DNA of 64,000 nucleotides from an uncultured Eubacteriales bacterium (GTDB taxonomy: Bacteria > Bacillota > Clostridia > Oscillospirales > Oscillospiraceae). Below are positions 39,090 to 47,980 of this stretch, one piece after another. A program made the position numbers and the translations under genes. Position 1 is the first letter of the stretch, and each line of letters opens with the position of its first letter. Below the pieces are notes generated by a model, which searched no databases, was not told the origin of the DNA, and saw only the letters and a list, made by a program, of their open reading frames with translations. The DNA is taken from NCBI GenBank assembly GCA_900552015.1, contig URXY01000003.1:4808-68807 (forward strand), in the 5' to 3' direction.

Positions 39090-40678
39090 AAACGCTCGTC
39101 AAGAAGCAGCTGATGGAAATTTTCCGCAGCTACTTTTATAATGCCAAAACCAATAAAAAACGTTCGACGGCGGGGATTATCGCTTATATCCTGCTCTTTG
39201 CCGCGTTGATGATCGGCCTGATCGGCGGGATGTTCACGGGGCTTTCCGTTTTGCTCTGTGCGCCGCTTACGCAGGCGGGGATGGGCTGGCTCTATTTTGC
39301 ACTCATGTCGCTGCTCGCCATCTTTCTCGGCGCGTTCGGCAGCGTGTTCAACACGTATTCGGGCCTGTACTTCGCTAAGGACAACGACCTGCTGCTGTCT
39401 CTACCCATCCCGGTGCGGACGCTGATGGCCTCGCGGCTGCTGACGGTCTATCTCATGGGTCTCATGTACTCCGCGGTCGTCATCCTGCCCGCGGTCATCG
39501 TCTACTGGGTCACGGTCTCGACGGCGCCGATGGCGCTCCTCGGCGGCGTGCTGCTGACGGCGCTCATCTCCATCTTCGTGCTCACGCTCTCGTGCGCGCT
39601 GGGCTGGGTCGTGGCGAAGGTGAGCCGTAAGCTCAAGCACAAGAGCTTCATCACGGTCATCGTCTCGCTCGCGGGGCTTGCCATCTACTATTTCTTCGTC
39701 TTCAAGGCGCAGACGGCCATCGAGCAGCTCGTCGCCAACGCCGCGGTCTACGGTGAGAAGATCAAGGGTGCGGCGCATCCGATCTACGTCTTCGGTCAGG
39801 TCGGCACGGGCGATGGTCTTGCGATGCTGCTGGCTTCGGCGGTCATCCTCGCGCTGTTCGCGCTGATGTGGGCGGTGCTCTCGCGCAGCTTTTTGCAGAT
39901 CACGACCACGACGGGCGCATCGGGCAAGGCGGTGTATCGCGAAAAGATCGTTAAACGCCAAAGCGCGGACGCGGCGCTATTCCGCAAGGAGCTCGCGCGC
40001 TTCACCGCGAGCCCGAACTATATGCTCAACTGCGGCCTTGGCATCCTGCTGCTGCCGGTCACGGGTATCCTGCTTTTGTGGAAGGGCGGGATGGTCGTGT
40101 CACTGCTGAACGAGGCCTTCGCCTCGCACAGCGGCTGTGCGGAGGTGCTGCTCTGCACCGGAGTGTGCGTCATCGCGTCGATGAACGATATGGCGACGCC
40201 GTCGGTCTCGCTCGAGGGCAAGTCCCTCTGGCTCGCGCAGTCGCTGCCGGTCAAACCCTGGTGGGTGCTGCGCGCGAAGCTCAAGGTGCAGCTCGCGCTC
40301 ACGGCCCTTCCGGCGCTCGTGCCGCTTGTCTGTATGGTGTTCATCCTGCCCGCGACGGCGGCGCTGCCGTTCGTTTTTGTCGCGGCGCTCGCGTACATCC
40401 TGTTTTCCGCGTGCCTGGGGCTGACGCTCGGCGTCACGCGGGCGAGCTTTACCTGGACGAGCGAGCTTATGCCCATCAAGCAGAGCCTGGCGGTGACGAT
40501 CGCGCTGTTCGGCGGCTGGCTCTATGCCGTTGCGCTTGCGGGGCTTTACCTCTGGCAGGGCTGGAAGCTCGGTGCGCCGGTCTACCTTGCCATCGCGGCG
40601 GCGGTGACGCTCCTCGCGGCGGGACTTCTCTTGAGATGGCTCAAAACGAACGGCGCGCGACGATTCGCTGCATTGTAA
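39083..40678 (+). CDS. ABC exporter permease (large polytopic, putative ABC-2 / ABC_export-type)
   Basis: 531 aa, about 12-14 TM. Overlaps the ATPase gene by 7 nt. Confidence 0.7.
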   Translation: MLKTLVKKQLMEIFRSYFYNAKTNKKRSTAGIIAYILLFAALMIGLIGGMFTGLSVLLCAPLTQAGMGWLYFALMSLLAIFLGAFGSVFNTYSGLYFAKDNDLLLSLPIPVRTLMASRLLTVYLMGLMYSAVVILPAVIVYWVTVSTAPMALLGGVLLTALISIFVLTLSCALGWVVAKVSRKLKHKSFITVIVSLAGLAIYYFFVFKAQTAIEQLVANAAVYGEKIKGAAHPIYVFGQVGTGDGLAMLLASAVILALFALMWAVLSRSFLQITTTTGASGKAVYREKIVKRQSADAALFRKELARFTASPNYMLNCGLGILLLPVTGILLLWKGGMVVSLLNEAFASHSGCAEVLLCTGVCVIASMNDMATPSVSLEGKSLWLAQSLPVKPWWVLRAKLKVQLALTALPALVPLVCMVFILPATAALPFVFVAALAYILFSACLGLTLGVTRASFTWTSELMPIKQSLAVTIALFGGWLYAVALAGLYLWQGWKLGAPVYLAIAAAVTLLAAGLLLRWLKTNGARRFAAL

Positions 40679-40687
40679 CAGGATAAA

Positions 40688-40741
40688 AAATGAAAGACGA
40701 AAGGGGAAAGCTGGACGGCTTTCCCCTTTCGTCTTTCATTT
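40688..40741. terminator. bidirectional terminator: perfect 24-bp stem (AAATGAAAGACGAAAGGGGAAAGC / GCTTTCCCCTTTCGTCTTTCATTT) with TGGACG loop
   Basis: Arms are exact reverse complements. A-run upstream; the right arm ends at the spoVT stop codon. Confidence 0.75.
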
Positions 40742-41283
40742 CAGCTTTCCATGTGCTTTCCGAGAAAGCCGGCAATGGTCTGTGCGAGCTTGTATTCCGT
40801 GTCACCCGCGGTCGTTTCGCCCTCCGTGCCGACAAAAAGCACGAGGCCCAGCGCGTCGCCCTCGGAGATGATGGGGGCGGCAATGGTCGCGCAGTAACGG
40901 TCGAGCGATTCGGTGACGAAGATGCTGCGCTCGCTCGGCACGGCGCGGTAGATGCCGCGGTCCTCCATGACCTGCTCGAGCTGGGGACTGATGCGCTTGC
41001 CGATGAGGTCGCGGCGCGCGCTGCCCGCCGCGGCGATGACGCTGTCGCGGTCGGTGACGGCGACAGTCGTACCGGTGGACTTGCTGAGGGTGTCGCACAA
41101 CTGCGCGGCAAACTCGTCCACGCCGCCCATGAGGGAATACTTTTTGAAAATGACCTCGCCGTCCTTGCTCGTGTAGATCTCCAGCGGGTCGCCTTCGCGG
41201 ATGCGCATGGTGCGGCGGATCTCCTTGGGGATGACGACACGGCCCAGGTCGTCGATCCGCCTGACGATTCCAGTTGCTTTCAT
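40741..41283 (-). CDS. spoVT: stage V sporulation protein T (AbrB-type SpoVT/AbrB N-domain + GAF domain)
   Basis: N-terminal swapped-hairpin motif (TGIVRRIDDLGRVVIPKEIRR). About 180 aa with a GAF-like C-domain. Confidence 0.85.
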   Translation of the reverse strand: MKATGIVRRIDDLGRVVIPKEIRRTMRIREGDPLEIYTSKDGEVIFKKYSLMGGVDEFAAQLCDTLSKSTGTTVAVTDRDSVIAAAGSARRDLIGKRISPQLEQVMEDRGIYRAVPSERSIFVTESLDRYCATIAAPIISEGDALGLVLFVGTEGETTAGDTEYKLAQTIAGFLGKHMES

Positions 41284-41495
41284 CTATCAAAACTCCTTCT
41301 TATTGCTTGCTGAACGATGCTTAGTCTTTGGAAAACCCGCCAATTTATCCAAAGGAAGTGCTGGAAGATTTTTCAGTGCGCGGACAGATGAGTGGGATAA
41401 TTGCTTTGAGACAGCGACACGGGGTGATTTTTATGTCAGTTTTGACGAATTTTTTACATATGGGAGTTCTTGGTACAAATACATCTGTCCATCCC

Positions 41496-41524
41496 TTGAA
41501 AAACAGACTGCCCGCGCGTATAAT
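41496..41524 (+). promoter_or_regulatory. sigma70 promoter TTGAAA-17-TATAAT for sstT
   Basis: Hexamers with exact 17-nt spacing, about 95 nt upstream of ATG 41618. Confidence 0.55.
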
Positions 41525-41617
41525 GAGTTCTGCTGTACAAAACCGCCTTTGTGGCCGAAAAGGAAAACAAAGACGATTCTCAAAGGCGTATTATTGGGAA
41601 AGAGAGAATACATCCAA

Positions 41618-42886
41618 ATGAATCAGATCACGAAAGCATTGAAAAAAGTGGCTGCCGCCTATAACGGCGTCAGCCTGATCCTACGCATCGCCGTCGGCCT
41701 TGTCATCGGTGCGATCTTGGCGCTCATTTGCCCGGGCGCGACTTGGTTACGGGAGCTCGGCAACCTGTTTGTCGGCGCGCTCAAGGGCATCGCCCCTGTG
41801 TTGGTGTTCGTCATCGTGGCGAGCGCGCTGGCGCAGGGCTCGTCCAAGCTCGACCGCCGCTTCGGCACGGTCGTGTGGCTCTACATGCTCACGACGTTCG
41901 TCGCCGCGGCGCTGAGCGTTGTGACCAGCATGCTCTTCCCGCAGACGCTCCTGCTGGCCGAGGCCGCTGAGGCCGAGGTCATCCCGCAGGGCCTTGGCGA
42001 GGTTATGCACACGCTGCTGTCCAACATCGTCTCGAACCCCATCTCCGCCATTATGAACGGCAACTACATCGGCATTCTGATGTGGGGCTGTCTCTTCGGC
42101 GTGGCGATGAAGAAGCTCGGTGCGGACTCGACGAAGGTCTTCCTCAGCAACACGGCGGACGCGGTGTCCACCATCGTGCGCTGGATCATCAATTTGGCAC
42201 CGTTCGGCATCATGGGCCTTGTGTTCACGAACGTCGTGAGCAACGGCCTTGCGATCTTCACCCAGTACGGCAAGCTCCTGCTGCTTTTGGTCGGCACGAT
42301 GCTCTTCATGGCGCTTGTCATCAACCCCATCATCATCTTCATCTATCTGCGCTGCAACCCCTATCCGCTGGTTTTCCGCTGCCTGCGTGAAAGCGGCCTG
42401 ACGGCCTTCTTCACTCGTTCCTCCGCAGCGAACATCCCCGTGAACATGGCGATGTGCGAAAAGCTCGGCATGGACAAGGACTTCTACTCCGTCTCTATCC
42501 CCCTCGGCGCGACGATCAACATGGACGGCGCGGCCATCACCATCACCATCATGACGCTGGCCGCGGCCAACACGCTGGGCATGCAGGTCTCGCTGCCCGC
42601 GGCGATCTTGCTTTCCATCATGTCGGCCCTTGGCGCGTGCGGCGCTTCCGGCGTGGCGGGCGGCTCGCTGCTGCTGATCCCGATGGCGTGCTCGCTGTTC
42701 GGCATTTCGAACGACATCGCGATGCAGGTCGTCGGCGTCGGCTTCATCATCGGCGTCATTCAGGACTCTGTCGAGACCGCGCTCAACTCTGCGGGCGACG
42801 TGGAGTTTGCCGCGACGGCCGAATATCATCAGTGGCTCAAGCAGGGCAAGCCCCTGCCGGAGTTCCTCGGCGGCAAGAAAAAGTAA
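41618..42886 (+). CDS. sstT: serine/threonine transporter SstT (DAACS family)
   Basis: Near-colinear with SstT (NLFVGALKGIAPVLVFV ... FFTRSSAANIPVNMAMCEKL ... PLGATINMDGAAITI ... DSVETALNSAGDVEF). The track ORF upstream of 41618 is an alternate-start extension. Confidence 0.9.
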   Translation: MNQITKALKKVAAAYNGVSLILRIAVGLVIGAILALICPGATWLRELGNLFVGALKGIAPVLVFVIVASALAQGSSKLDRRFGTVVWLYMLTTFVAAALSVVTSMLFPQTLLLAEAAEAEVIPQGLGEVMHTLLSNIVSNPISAIMNGNYIGILMWGCLFGVAMKKLGADSTKVFLSNTADAVSTIVRWIINLAPFGIMGLVFTNVVSNGLAIFTQYGKLLLLLVGTMLFMALVINPIIIFIYLRCNPYPLVFRCLRESGLTAFFTRSSAANIPVNMAMCEKLGMDKDFYSVSIPLGATINMDGAAITITIMTLAAANTLGMQVSLPAAILLSIMSALGACGASGVAGGSLLLIPMACSLFGISNDIAMQVVGVGFIIGVIQDSVETALNSAGDVEFAATAEYHQWLKQGKPLPEFLGGKKK

Positions 42887-42995
42887 GAAAAGCGCGGCGA
42901 TAGACCGTGACGGAAAACGACTTACCGCCGAATAGGGCAGGCAGAGACCTTGCCGATATAAAATAACAAGGACGCATTGCAGAATGGCGCCCTGA

Positions 42996-43050
42996 ATAAA
43001 AGAGATGAGCAGGTTTCCCCGAAAGGGGAGCTTGCTCATCTCTTTGTCTT
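42996..43050. terminator. bidirectional compound terminator hairpin
   Basis: Outer stem AGAGATGAGCA / TGCTCATCTCT and inner CCCC-GAAA-GGGG stem, flanked by A- and T-rich tracts. Confidence 0.65.
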
Positions 43051-43051
43051 A

Positions 43052-44290
43052 TTACTGCTGTGTTTCGCTCTTCTGCGCGCTGCGGTGGATGTACTTTTCG
43101 AGCGCCGCATACAAAAGCGGCGGGTCGATGGGCTTGGGGAGATGTTCGTTCATGCCTGCGTCGATCGTGCGCTTCTGCTCCTCGGCAAAGGCATCCGCCG
43201 TCATAGCGACGATGGGGACTGTCTTCGCGTCGGCGCGCGATAGTGCGCGGATGGCCCTCGTTGCCTCAATGCCGTTCATCACCGGCATTCTCACGTCCAT
43301 CAAAATAGCGTCGATGCCGCCGATCGCAGAGGACTCAAACTGCGAGAGAGCCTCTTGTCCGTTTTCCGCCGTGGTGACGACGCAGCCGACCTCTTCCAGA
43401 ATGAGTTTTGCCACATAGGTGTTGATCTCGTTGTCTTCGACCAGCAGGATGTTTGCGCCCCGCAAGTTCCTGCCGGGCTGCTCCTGCAAAGCCTTGTGCG
43501 CCACAGGTTCCGCCAGCGGGGCGCAGATCGTCACGACGAGTTCCGTACCCTCGCCGAGCTTGCTCTTGACGCTGATCGTGCCGCCCATGGCGTCCACCAG
43601 GCTTTTCACGATGGGAAGGCCCAGTTCGGTCCCCTTCACGCTGCCGCTGAGCTGGGAATGTTCCTGCGAAAACGGGTCGTAGAGGTGCTCTAAAAAGTCC
43701 TGACTCATGCCGATGCCGTTGTCGCGTATCGTAAAGCGCAGGTTCGCCATGCCCTCGGCAGCCGGAAGGCTCTCCATCCGCATGCAGACCTCGCCGCCCA
43801 CCGGCGTGAATTTCGCCGCGTTGGACAGCAGGTTCAAAAAGATCTGCTGGAAGCGCAGGCGGTCGACCGAAATGCACTCTGGTCCGCCATCCACGCGGCA
43901 GTCGAAGTGAATGCGGCGGCTGTCCATCAGCGGACGGATGACCGTGTTGATCAACTCGGTGAACTCTTTCTTGGTCACCGGCTCGGGATCGAGCGTCAGA
44001 CTGCCGCTTTCGATCTTGCTCATATCGAGGATGTCGTTGATGAGACCGAGCAGAAAATCGCTGGACGGATCGATCTTGTCAAGATACTCGCGGATGGTGG
44101 AGAGGTCGCTCTCCTCCTCGGCGAGGTGGGTCAGATCCACGATGGCGTTCATGAGCGTCCGGATATCGTGGCTCATGTTGCTGAGGAAGGTGGTCTTTGC
44201 CATGTTGGCCTCGCGCGCCTGCTCGAGCGCAGACTTGAGCCATCTGCTGTTGCGGTAAGATAAATACGGTATTTTCAACAAGGCGGGCAC
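43052..44290 (-). CDS. hybrid histidine kinase lacking any sensor domain (HisKA + HATPase_c + REC), probably 5'-truncated
   Basis: H-box FLSNMSHDIRT appears about 35 codons into the ORF. The only in-frame start at 44290 is a GTG inside a perfect 13-bp palindrome; the first ATG is at 44203. The C-terminal REC domain is intact. Confidence 0.6.
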   Translation of the reverse strand: MPALLKIPYLSYRNSRWLKSALEQAREANMAKTTFLSNMSHDIRTLMNAIVDLTHLAEEESDLSTIREYLDKIDPSSDFLLGLINDILDMSKIESGSLTLDPEPVTKKEFTELINTVIRPLMDSRRIHFDCRVDGGPECISVDRLRFQQIFLNLLSNAAKFTPVGGEVCMRMESLPAAEGMANLRFTIRDNGIGMSQDFLEHLYDPFSQEHSQLSGSVKGTELGLPIVKSLVDAMGGTISVKSKLGEGTELVVTICAPLAEPVAHKALQEQPGRNLRGANILLVEDNEINTYVAKLILEEVGCVVTTAENGQEALSQFESSAIGGIDAILMDVRMPVMNGIEATRAIRALSRADAKTVPIVAMTADAFAEEQKRTIDAGMNEHLPKPIDPPLLYAALEKYIHRSAQKSETQQ

Positions 44291-44311
44291 TCAGCTTCGA
44301 GTGCCCGCCTT
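44280..44311. repeat. perfect 13-bp inverted repeat AAGGCGGGCACTC-N6-GAGTGCCCGCCTT at the junction of divergent genes
   Basis: Arms are exact reverse complements. Overlaps the kinase ORF's nominal start. Confidence 0.7.
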
Positions 44312-44351
44312 GTTGCCGTACCGGTGCTTGTTTTTTGGCACAGCATGCGGT

Positions 44352-45713
44352 ATGATGGAGAACAGCATAACAGAAGGACCGGAAAAAGCCATGAAACTTG
44401 CCATCATCACCAGCCAGTCGCTGCGCGACCCGACGGCAGCCTCGCTCGCGCGGCTGCAAAAGCTGCAGCCAGACTACGAGACGGTGCTGCTCACCTATGA
44501 GAACTTTGCCCAGCTACCCGCGCTCTACGATGAATACGCGCCCTCGGTCGACGGTTTTCTCGTCAGCGGTCAGGTCACGCTGGCGGCCATCGAGAGGAAG
44601 GAGCACGCGGTGCGCAAGCCGCTGCTGCATTTTCAGGCCGACACGGCTGAACTATACAAGTCGATCTTGCAGTACGTGCTGGCGCATCCGGGCGCGGATA
44701 TCGGCCGCATCGTGCTCGACTTCCTGCTGCCGCTCAAGGGCGGCTGCTCGGCGCAGACATTTTTAGACGAAATGGAGCTGCCGATGCTTGAATCACAGGT
44801 GAGCGGCTGGGTCGGCACGATGCAGACCGACCATCTTGAACAGCTCGAATCGTCTATCGCTTCGCGCATCGTGGAGATGTGGGAGAGTGGGAAGATCGAT
44901 ATGGTCATCTGCCTTTACGGTAGCATCGCACCCGTTCTGCGTGCGCACGGCATCCCGTTTGAATGTCCGCTGGTCGAGGATATGCACCTGCTGGACCTTC
45001 TGCGACGGCTGCAGGTCACCATCGAGCTCGACCGGCTGCGGGCCAATATGCCGGCGGTGGTCAGTGCCTCGCCGCGCGGTAAAGAGGCTGCGGCGCATTT
45101 AGATGCGCTGCAGGAAAAGCTCGAACTCTTCCTGCGGGAAAATCTGCTCGACTGTATGCTGCAGAAAAAGCGCGACCACTGCGAGTTTTTCACGAGCGTG
45201 TCGGTCGTGCAGTATTTGACGGACCATGCCAAGACGAGCAGGCTCTCTTCCTGGCTGGATGAAGAGCTCGCATTCCCGACCGCCGTGGGCTACGGCATCG
45301 GCGTGGACATCAATCAGGCGATGCTCAACGCGCAGGCCGCGCGCAAAGAGTCGGAATTCGTGGGCAAGAGCTTCATCCGCAACGAAAAGGAAGCGCTGAT
45401 CGGTCCGCTCGGCACGGCGAAGGCCATGGTCGTAGAGTACGGCAACGTGCAGGGTGTGGGGGAGATCGCACGCCGGTGCGGGCTCTCGACGCTGACGATC
45501 CAGAAGGTCGCGGCCAGTATGAAGCAGTCCGGCTCACAGAAGATCACCACGCAGGAGCTGGCCGGGCGCTTCGGTGTCACGGTCCGCAACGCCAACCGTA
45601 TCCTCGGCCGCCTTGTGGAGGGCGGGTACGCGCGCGTGGCGTACTTTCAGACAGCCAATTCCAAGGGCCGCCCCGTCAAGGTCTACGAGTTGATGCTCGA
45701 CGCCAAGCAGTAA
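44352..45713 (+). CDS. hypothetical regulator with C-terminal winged-HTH (N-domain unknown)
   Basis: C-terminal HTH-like segment (ITTQELAGRFGVTVRNANRILGRLVEGGYARV). Start uncertain (ATG 44352 or 44391). Confidence 0.5.
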   Translation: MMENSITEGPEKAMKLAIITSQSLRDPTAASLARLQKLQPDYETVLLTYENFAQLPALYDEYAPSVDGFLVSGQVTLAAIERKEHAVRKPLLHFQADTAELYKSILQYVLAHPGADIGRIVLDFLLPLKGGCSAQTFLDEMELPMLESQVSGWVGTMQTDHLEQLESSIASRIVEMWESGKIDMVICLYGSIAPVLRAHGIPFECPLVEDMHLLDLLRRLQVTIELDRLRANMPAVVSASPRGKEAAAHLDALQEKLELFLRENLLDCMLQKKRDHCEFFTSVSVVQYLTDHAKTSRLSSWLDEELAFPTAVGYGIGVDINQAMLNAQAARKESEFVGKSFIRNEKEALIGPLGTAKAMVVEYGNVQGVGEIARRCGLSTLTIQKVAASMKQSGSQKITTQELAGRFGVTVRNANRILGRLVEGGYARVAYFQTANSKGRPVKVYELMLDAKQ

Positions 45714-45893
45714 AACGGAAAGGTGCGGCCTTTACATGGTGTTTTTGGCCGGAGAAAGGCAATATGCCAAGCCCGACTCGGAAGCTCAGGGGATATGAGG
45801 GCGAAGAGGATGTCAAATCAGGAGGGCGGATTTGTGGCAGAACATATGCAATTGAGTGATATCCCTAAATTTTGCGCGGAAATAGAAGAGTGA

Positions 45894-46539
45894 CTGAACA
45901 CGCGATACGAAGAAGCGGAGGGAAAGAAGCTCTGGGAGGCGACCTGCCGCCAGTATGATGAATACCTCAAGGAGCTTCCCGACTGCGGTGGGAAAAAGAC
46001 CAGCCATGCCCTCGCGATCTACGGCAGTATCGTGATCTTCTCGCTGTATCCGCTGCTGCCGGACCATCCGCCGGTAGAGGAACTGCAGGAGCTCGTCACG
46101 AGCCTTTTTATGTCGGGATTTGTAAGATCGGGAAATAGCTTTGACCTGAACCGGAGCTTTGACATGTGGCTGATCGACAAGGTTTTCCACGGGTGGGGGA
46201 AAAGGACCGAAAGCTGTACGCACAGCATCCGGCATGCTTCTGCAACGTCTCCGAGCCGTACGACAAAAAGAACCATGCTGCGAGATACCATTTTACGCAG
46301 TGCCCGAATGCGGAATTTGCGAAAAAGCACGGTTTGATGCACGTGCTCCCGCTTTCTGCAATTCCGACTATTGGGGAATGAGTCAGCTTCATGGAACGCT
46401 GATCCGCCGCGGTACTTGCGGGAACTCCGACAGATGCGACTATTGCGTGGTCGGGTCTGAAGATCCGATGGCAAAAGCATATGAGATCGTAAAGGATGAA
46501 GCTGGATTTTTGGTGAGTCGGAAAATCGAGAGGGAATAG
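45894..46539 (+). pseudogene. frameshifted pseudogene, Cys-rich small enzyme family (possibly L-2-amino-thiazoline-4-carboxylic acid hydrolase-like)
   Basis: Coding potential passes through three frames (about 45894-46190 in frame 3, 46190-46350 in frame 2, 46350-46539 in frame 1). No ATG at the 5' end. Cys-rich C-terminal motifs (CPNAEF ... FCNSDYWG ... CGNSDRCDYCV). Confidence 0.4.
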
Positions 46540-46576
46540 TGCCTTTTTACAGGTTTTGTGCATTTTGTAAGGGAAT

Positions 46577-46613
46577 GAGGCCCGGCGCGCTGCGCCGGGC
46601 CTCGTTTTGTTTC
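46577..46613 (+). terminator. rho-independent terminator
   Basis: Perfect 12-bp GC stem GAGGCCCGGCGC / GCGCCGGGCCTC followed by GTTTTGTTTC. Confidence 0.75.
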
Positions 46614-46663
46614 AAAAAACAACAGTTGCTTCTGTATAAAAACAACAAAATTCATAAAGGTTA

Positions 46664-46692
46664 TTGACGGGATAAATAGGCTGTGCTACTAT
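46664..46692 (+). promoter_or_regulatory. sigma70-like promoter TTGACG-17-TACTAT for the M20 amidohydrolase
   Basis: Hexamers with 17-nt spacing. Confidence 0.45.
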
Positions 46693-46773
46693 TTTAACGA
46701 TATCTATTCCGTAAATATACCATAAATGAAGGGGGCGGACCTCCGCCCAAATGAAAAGAAGGAGGACCTGATC

Positions 46774-47946
46774 ATGAACGACTATGAACGCGCCTTAGCG
46801 CTGCGGGACGAGACCGTTGCGCACCGCCGCTGGATGCACACCCATGCAGAAGTCGGCCTGGAGATGCCGAAGGCACGGGCCTATGTGCTGGAGCAGTTAA
46901 AGCTCGCAGGGCTGGAGCCGCGCCCCTGCGGTCACGGCGTTGTGGCGGAGCTTGGGAAAAAGAGCGGCAAGACGCTGCTGCTGCGCGCAGATATGGACGC
47001 GCTGCCGATGAAGGAGGAGAGCGGTGAGCCCTTCGCCTGCCCGAGCGGTACCGAGGCGCACGCCTGCGGCCATGACTTCCACACGGCGATGCTGCTGTCG
47101 GCGGCAAAGCTTCTTAAAGAGTCGGAGGACAAGCTCGAAGGCACGGTCCGCTTCATGTTCCAGCCCGCGGAGGAGACCTTCGAGGGCGCAAAGGATATGA
47201 TCGCGAACGGCATTCTGGACGGCGTGGACGCGGCGCTCGCCTATCACGTGAGCACCGGTCGTATGCCGGTCGGTATCTTTATGTACAACGACAGCGGCAC
47301 GATGATGAACTCGGTCGACGGCTTCAAGATCACCGTTCACGGGAAGGGTTCGCACGGCGCATACCCGCAAAATTCGATCGACCCGATCAACATCGGCGTG
47401 CACATCTATCTGGCGCTCGAAGCGCTCCTTGCGCACGAGGCCGACCCCAACAAGACCTGCGTGATGACCGTCGGACAGTTCACTGCCGGCGCCGCGGCCA
47501 ACATCATCCCCGATACCGCTGTTCTGCAGGGTACCATCCGCACGAACGACCGCGACAGCCGCGTGCTGCTGGTGCGCCGCATGAAGGAGACCGCCGAGAA
47601 GACTGCCGAGGTCTACGGCGGCACGGCGAGCGTGGAGATGATCTCCGGGGTCCCGCCGCTGATCTGCGACCCCGCGCTGACCAAGCAGATCGTGGGCTAT
47701 ATGCAGGAGCTGCCCATCCCCGGTCTCACGCCGTATCCCGGCATTTCGGCCAACGCGTCGGAGGATTTCGCCTCCGTCGCCGAACGCGTGCCGTCCACAT
47801 TCATGTATCTCTCCGCGGGATTCCTCGACGAGCGCGGCGATGCGCCCGCGCACAACCCCAAGGTGCGCTTCAACGAGGATGTCTGCCCCATCGGTGTGAG
47901 CTGTCTGACGCACTGCGCCATCCGCTGGCTGGAAGAGAACAAGTAA
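46774..47946 (+). CDS. M20 family metallopeptidase / amidohydrolase (aminoacylase-like)
   Basis: M20D motifs (LLRADMDALP ... HACGHD ... FQPAEE). RBS AAGGAGG before ATG 46774. Confidence 0.85.
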   Translation: MNDYERALALRDETVAHRRWMHTHAEVGLEMPKARAYVLEQLKLAGLEPRPCGHGVVAELGKKSGKTLLLRADMDALPMKEESGEPFACPSGTEAHACGHDFHTAMLLSAAKLLKESEDKLEGTVRFMFQPAEETFEGAKDMIANGILDGVDAALAYHVSTGRMPVGIFMYNDSGTMMNSVDGFKITVHGKGSHGAYPQNSIDPINIGVHIYLALEALLAHEADPNKTCVMTVGQFTAGAAANIIPDTAVLQGTIRTNDRDSRVLLVRRMKETAEKTAEVYGGTASVEMISGVPPLICDPALTKQIVGYMQELPIPGLTPYPGISANASEDFASVAERVPSTFMYLSAGFLDERGDAPAHNPKVRFNEDVCPIGVSCLTHCAIRWLEENK

Positions 47947-47980
47947 AAACCGGAACGAAGCAAGAAAGGGACCAAAAACT

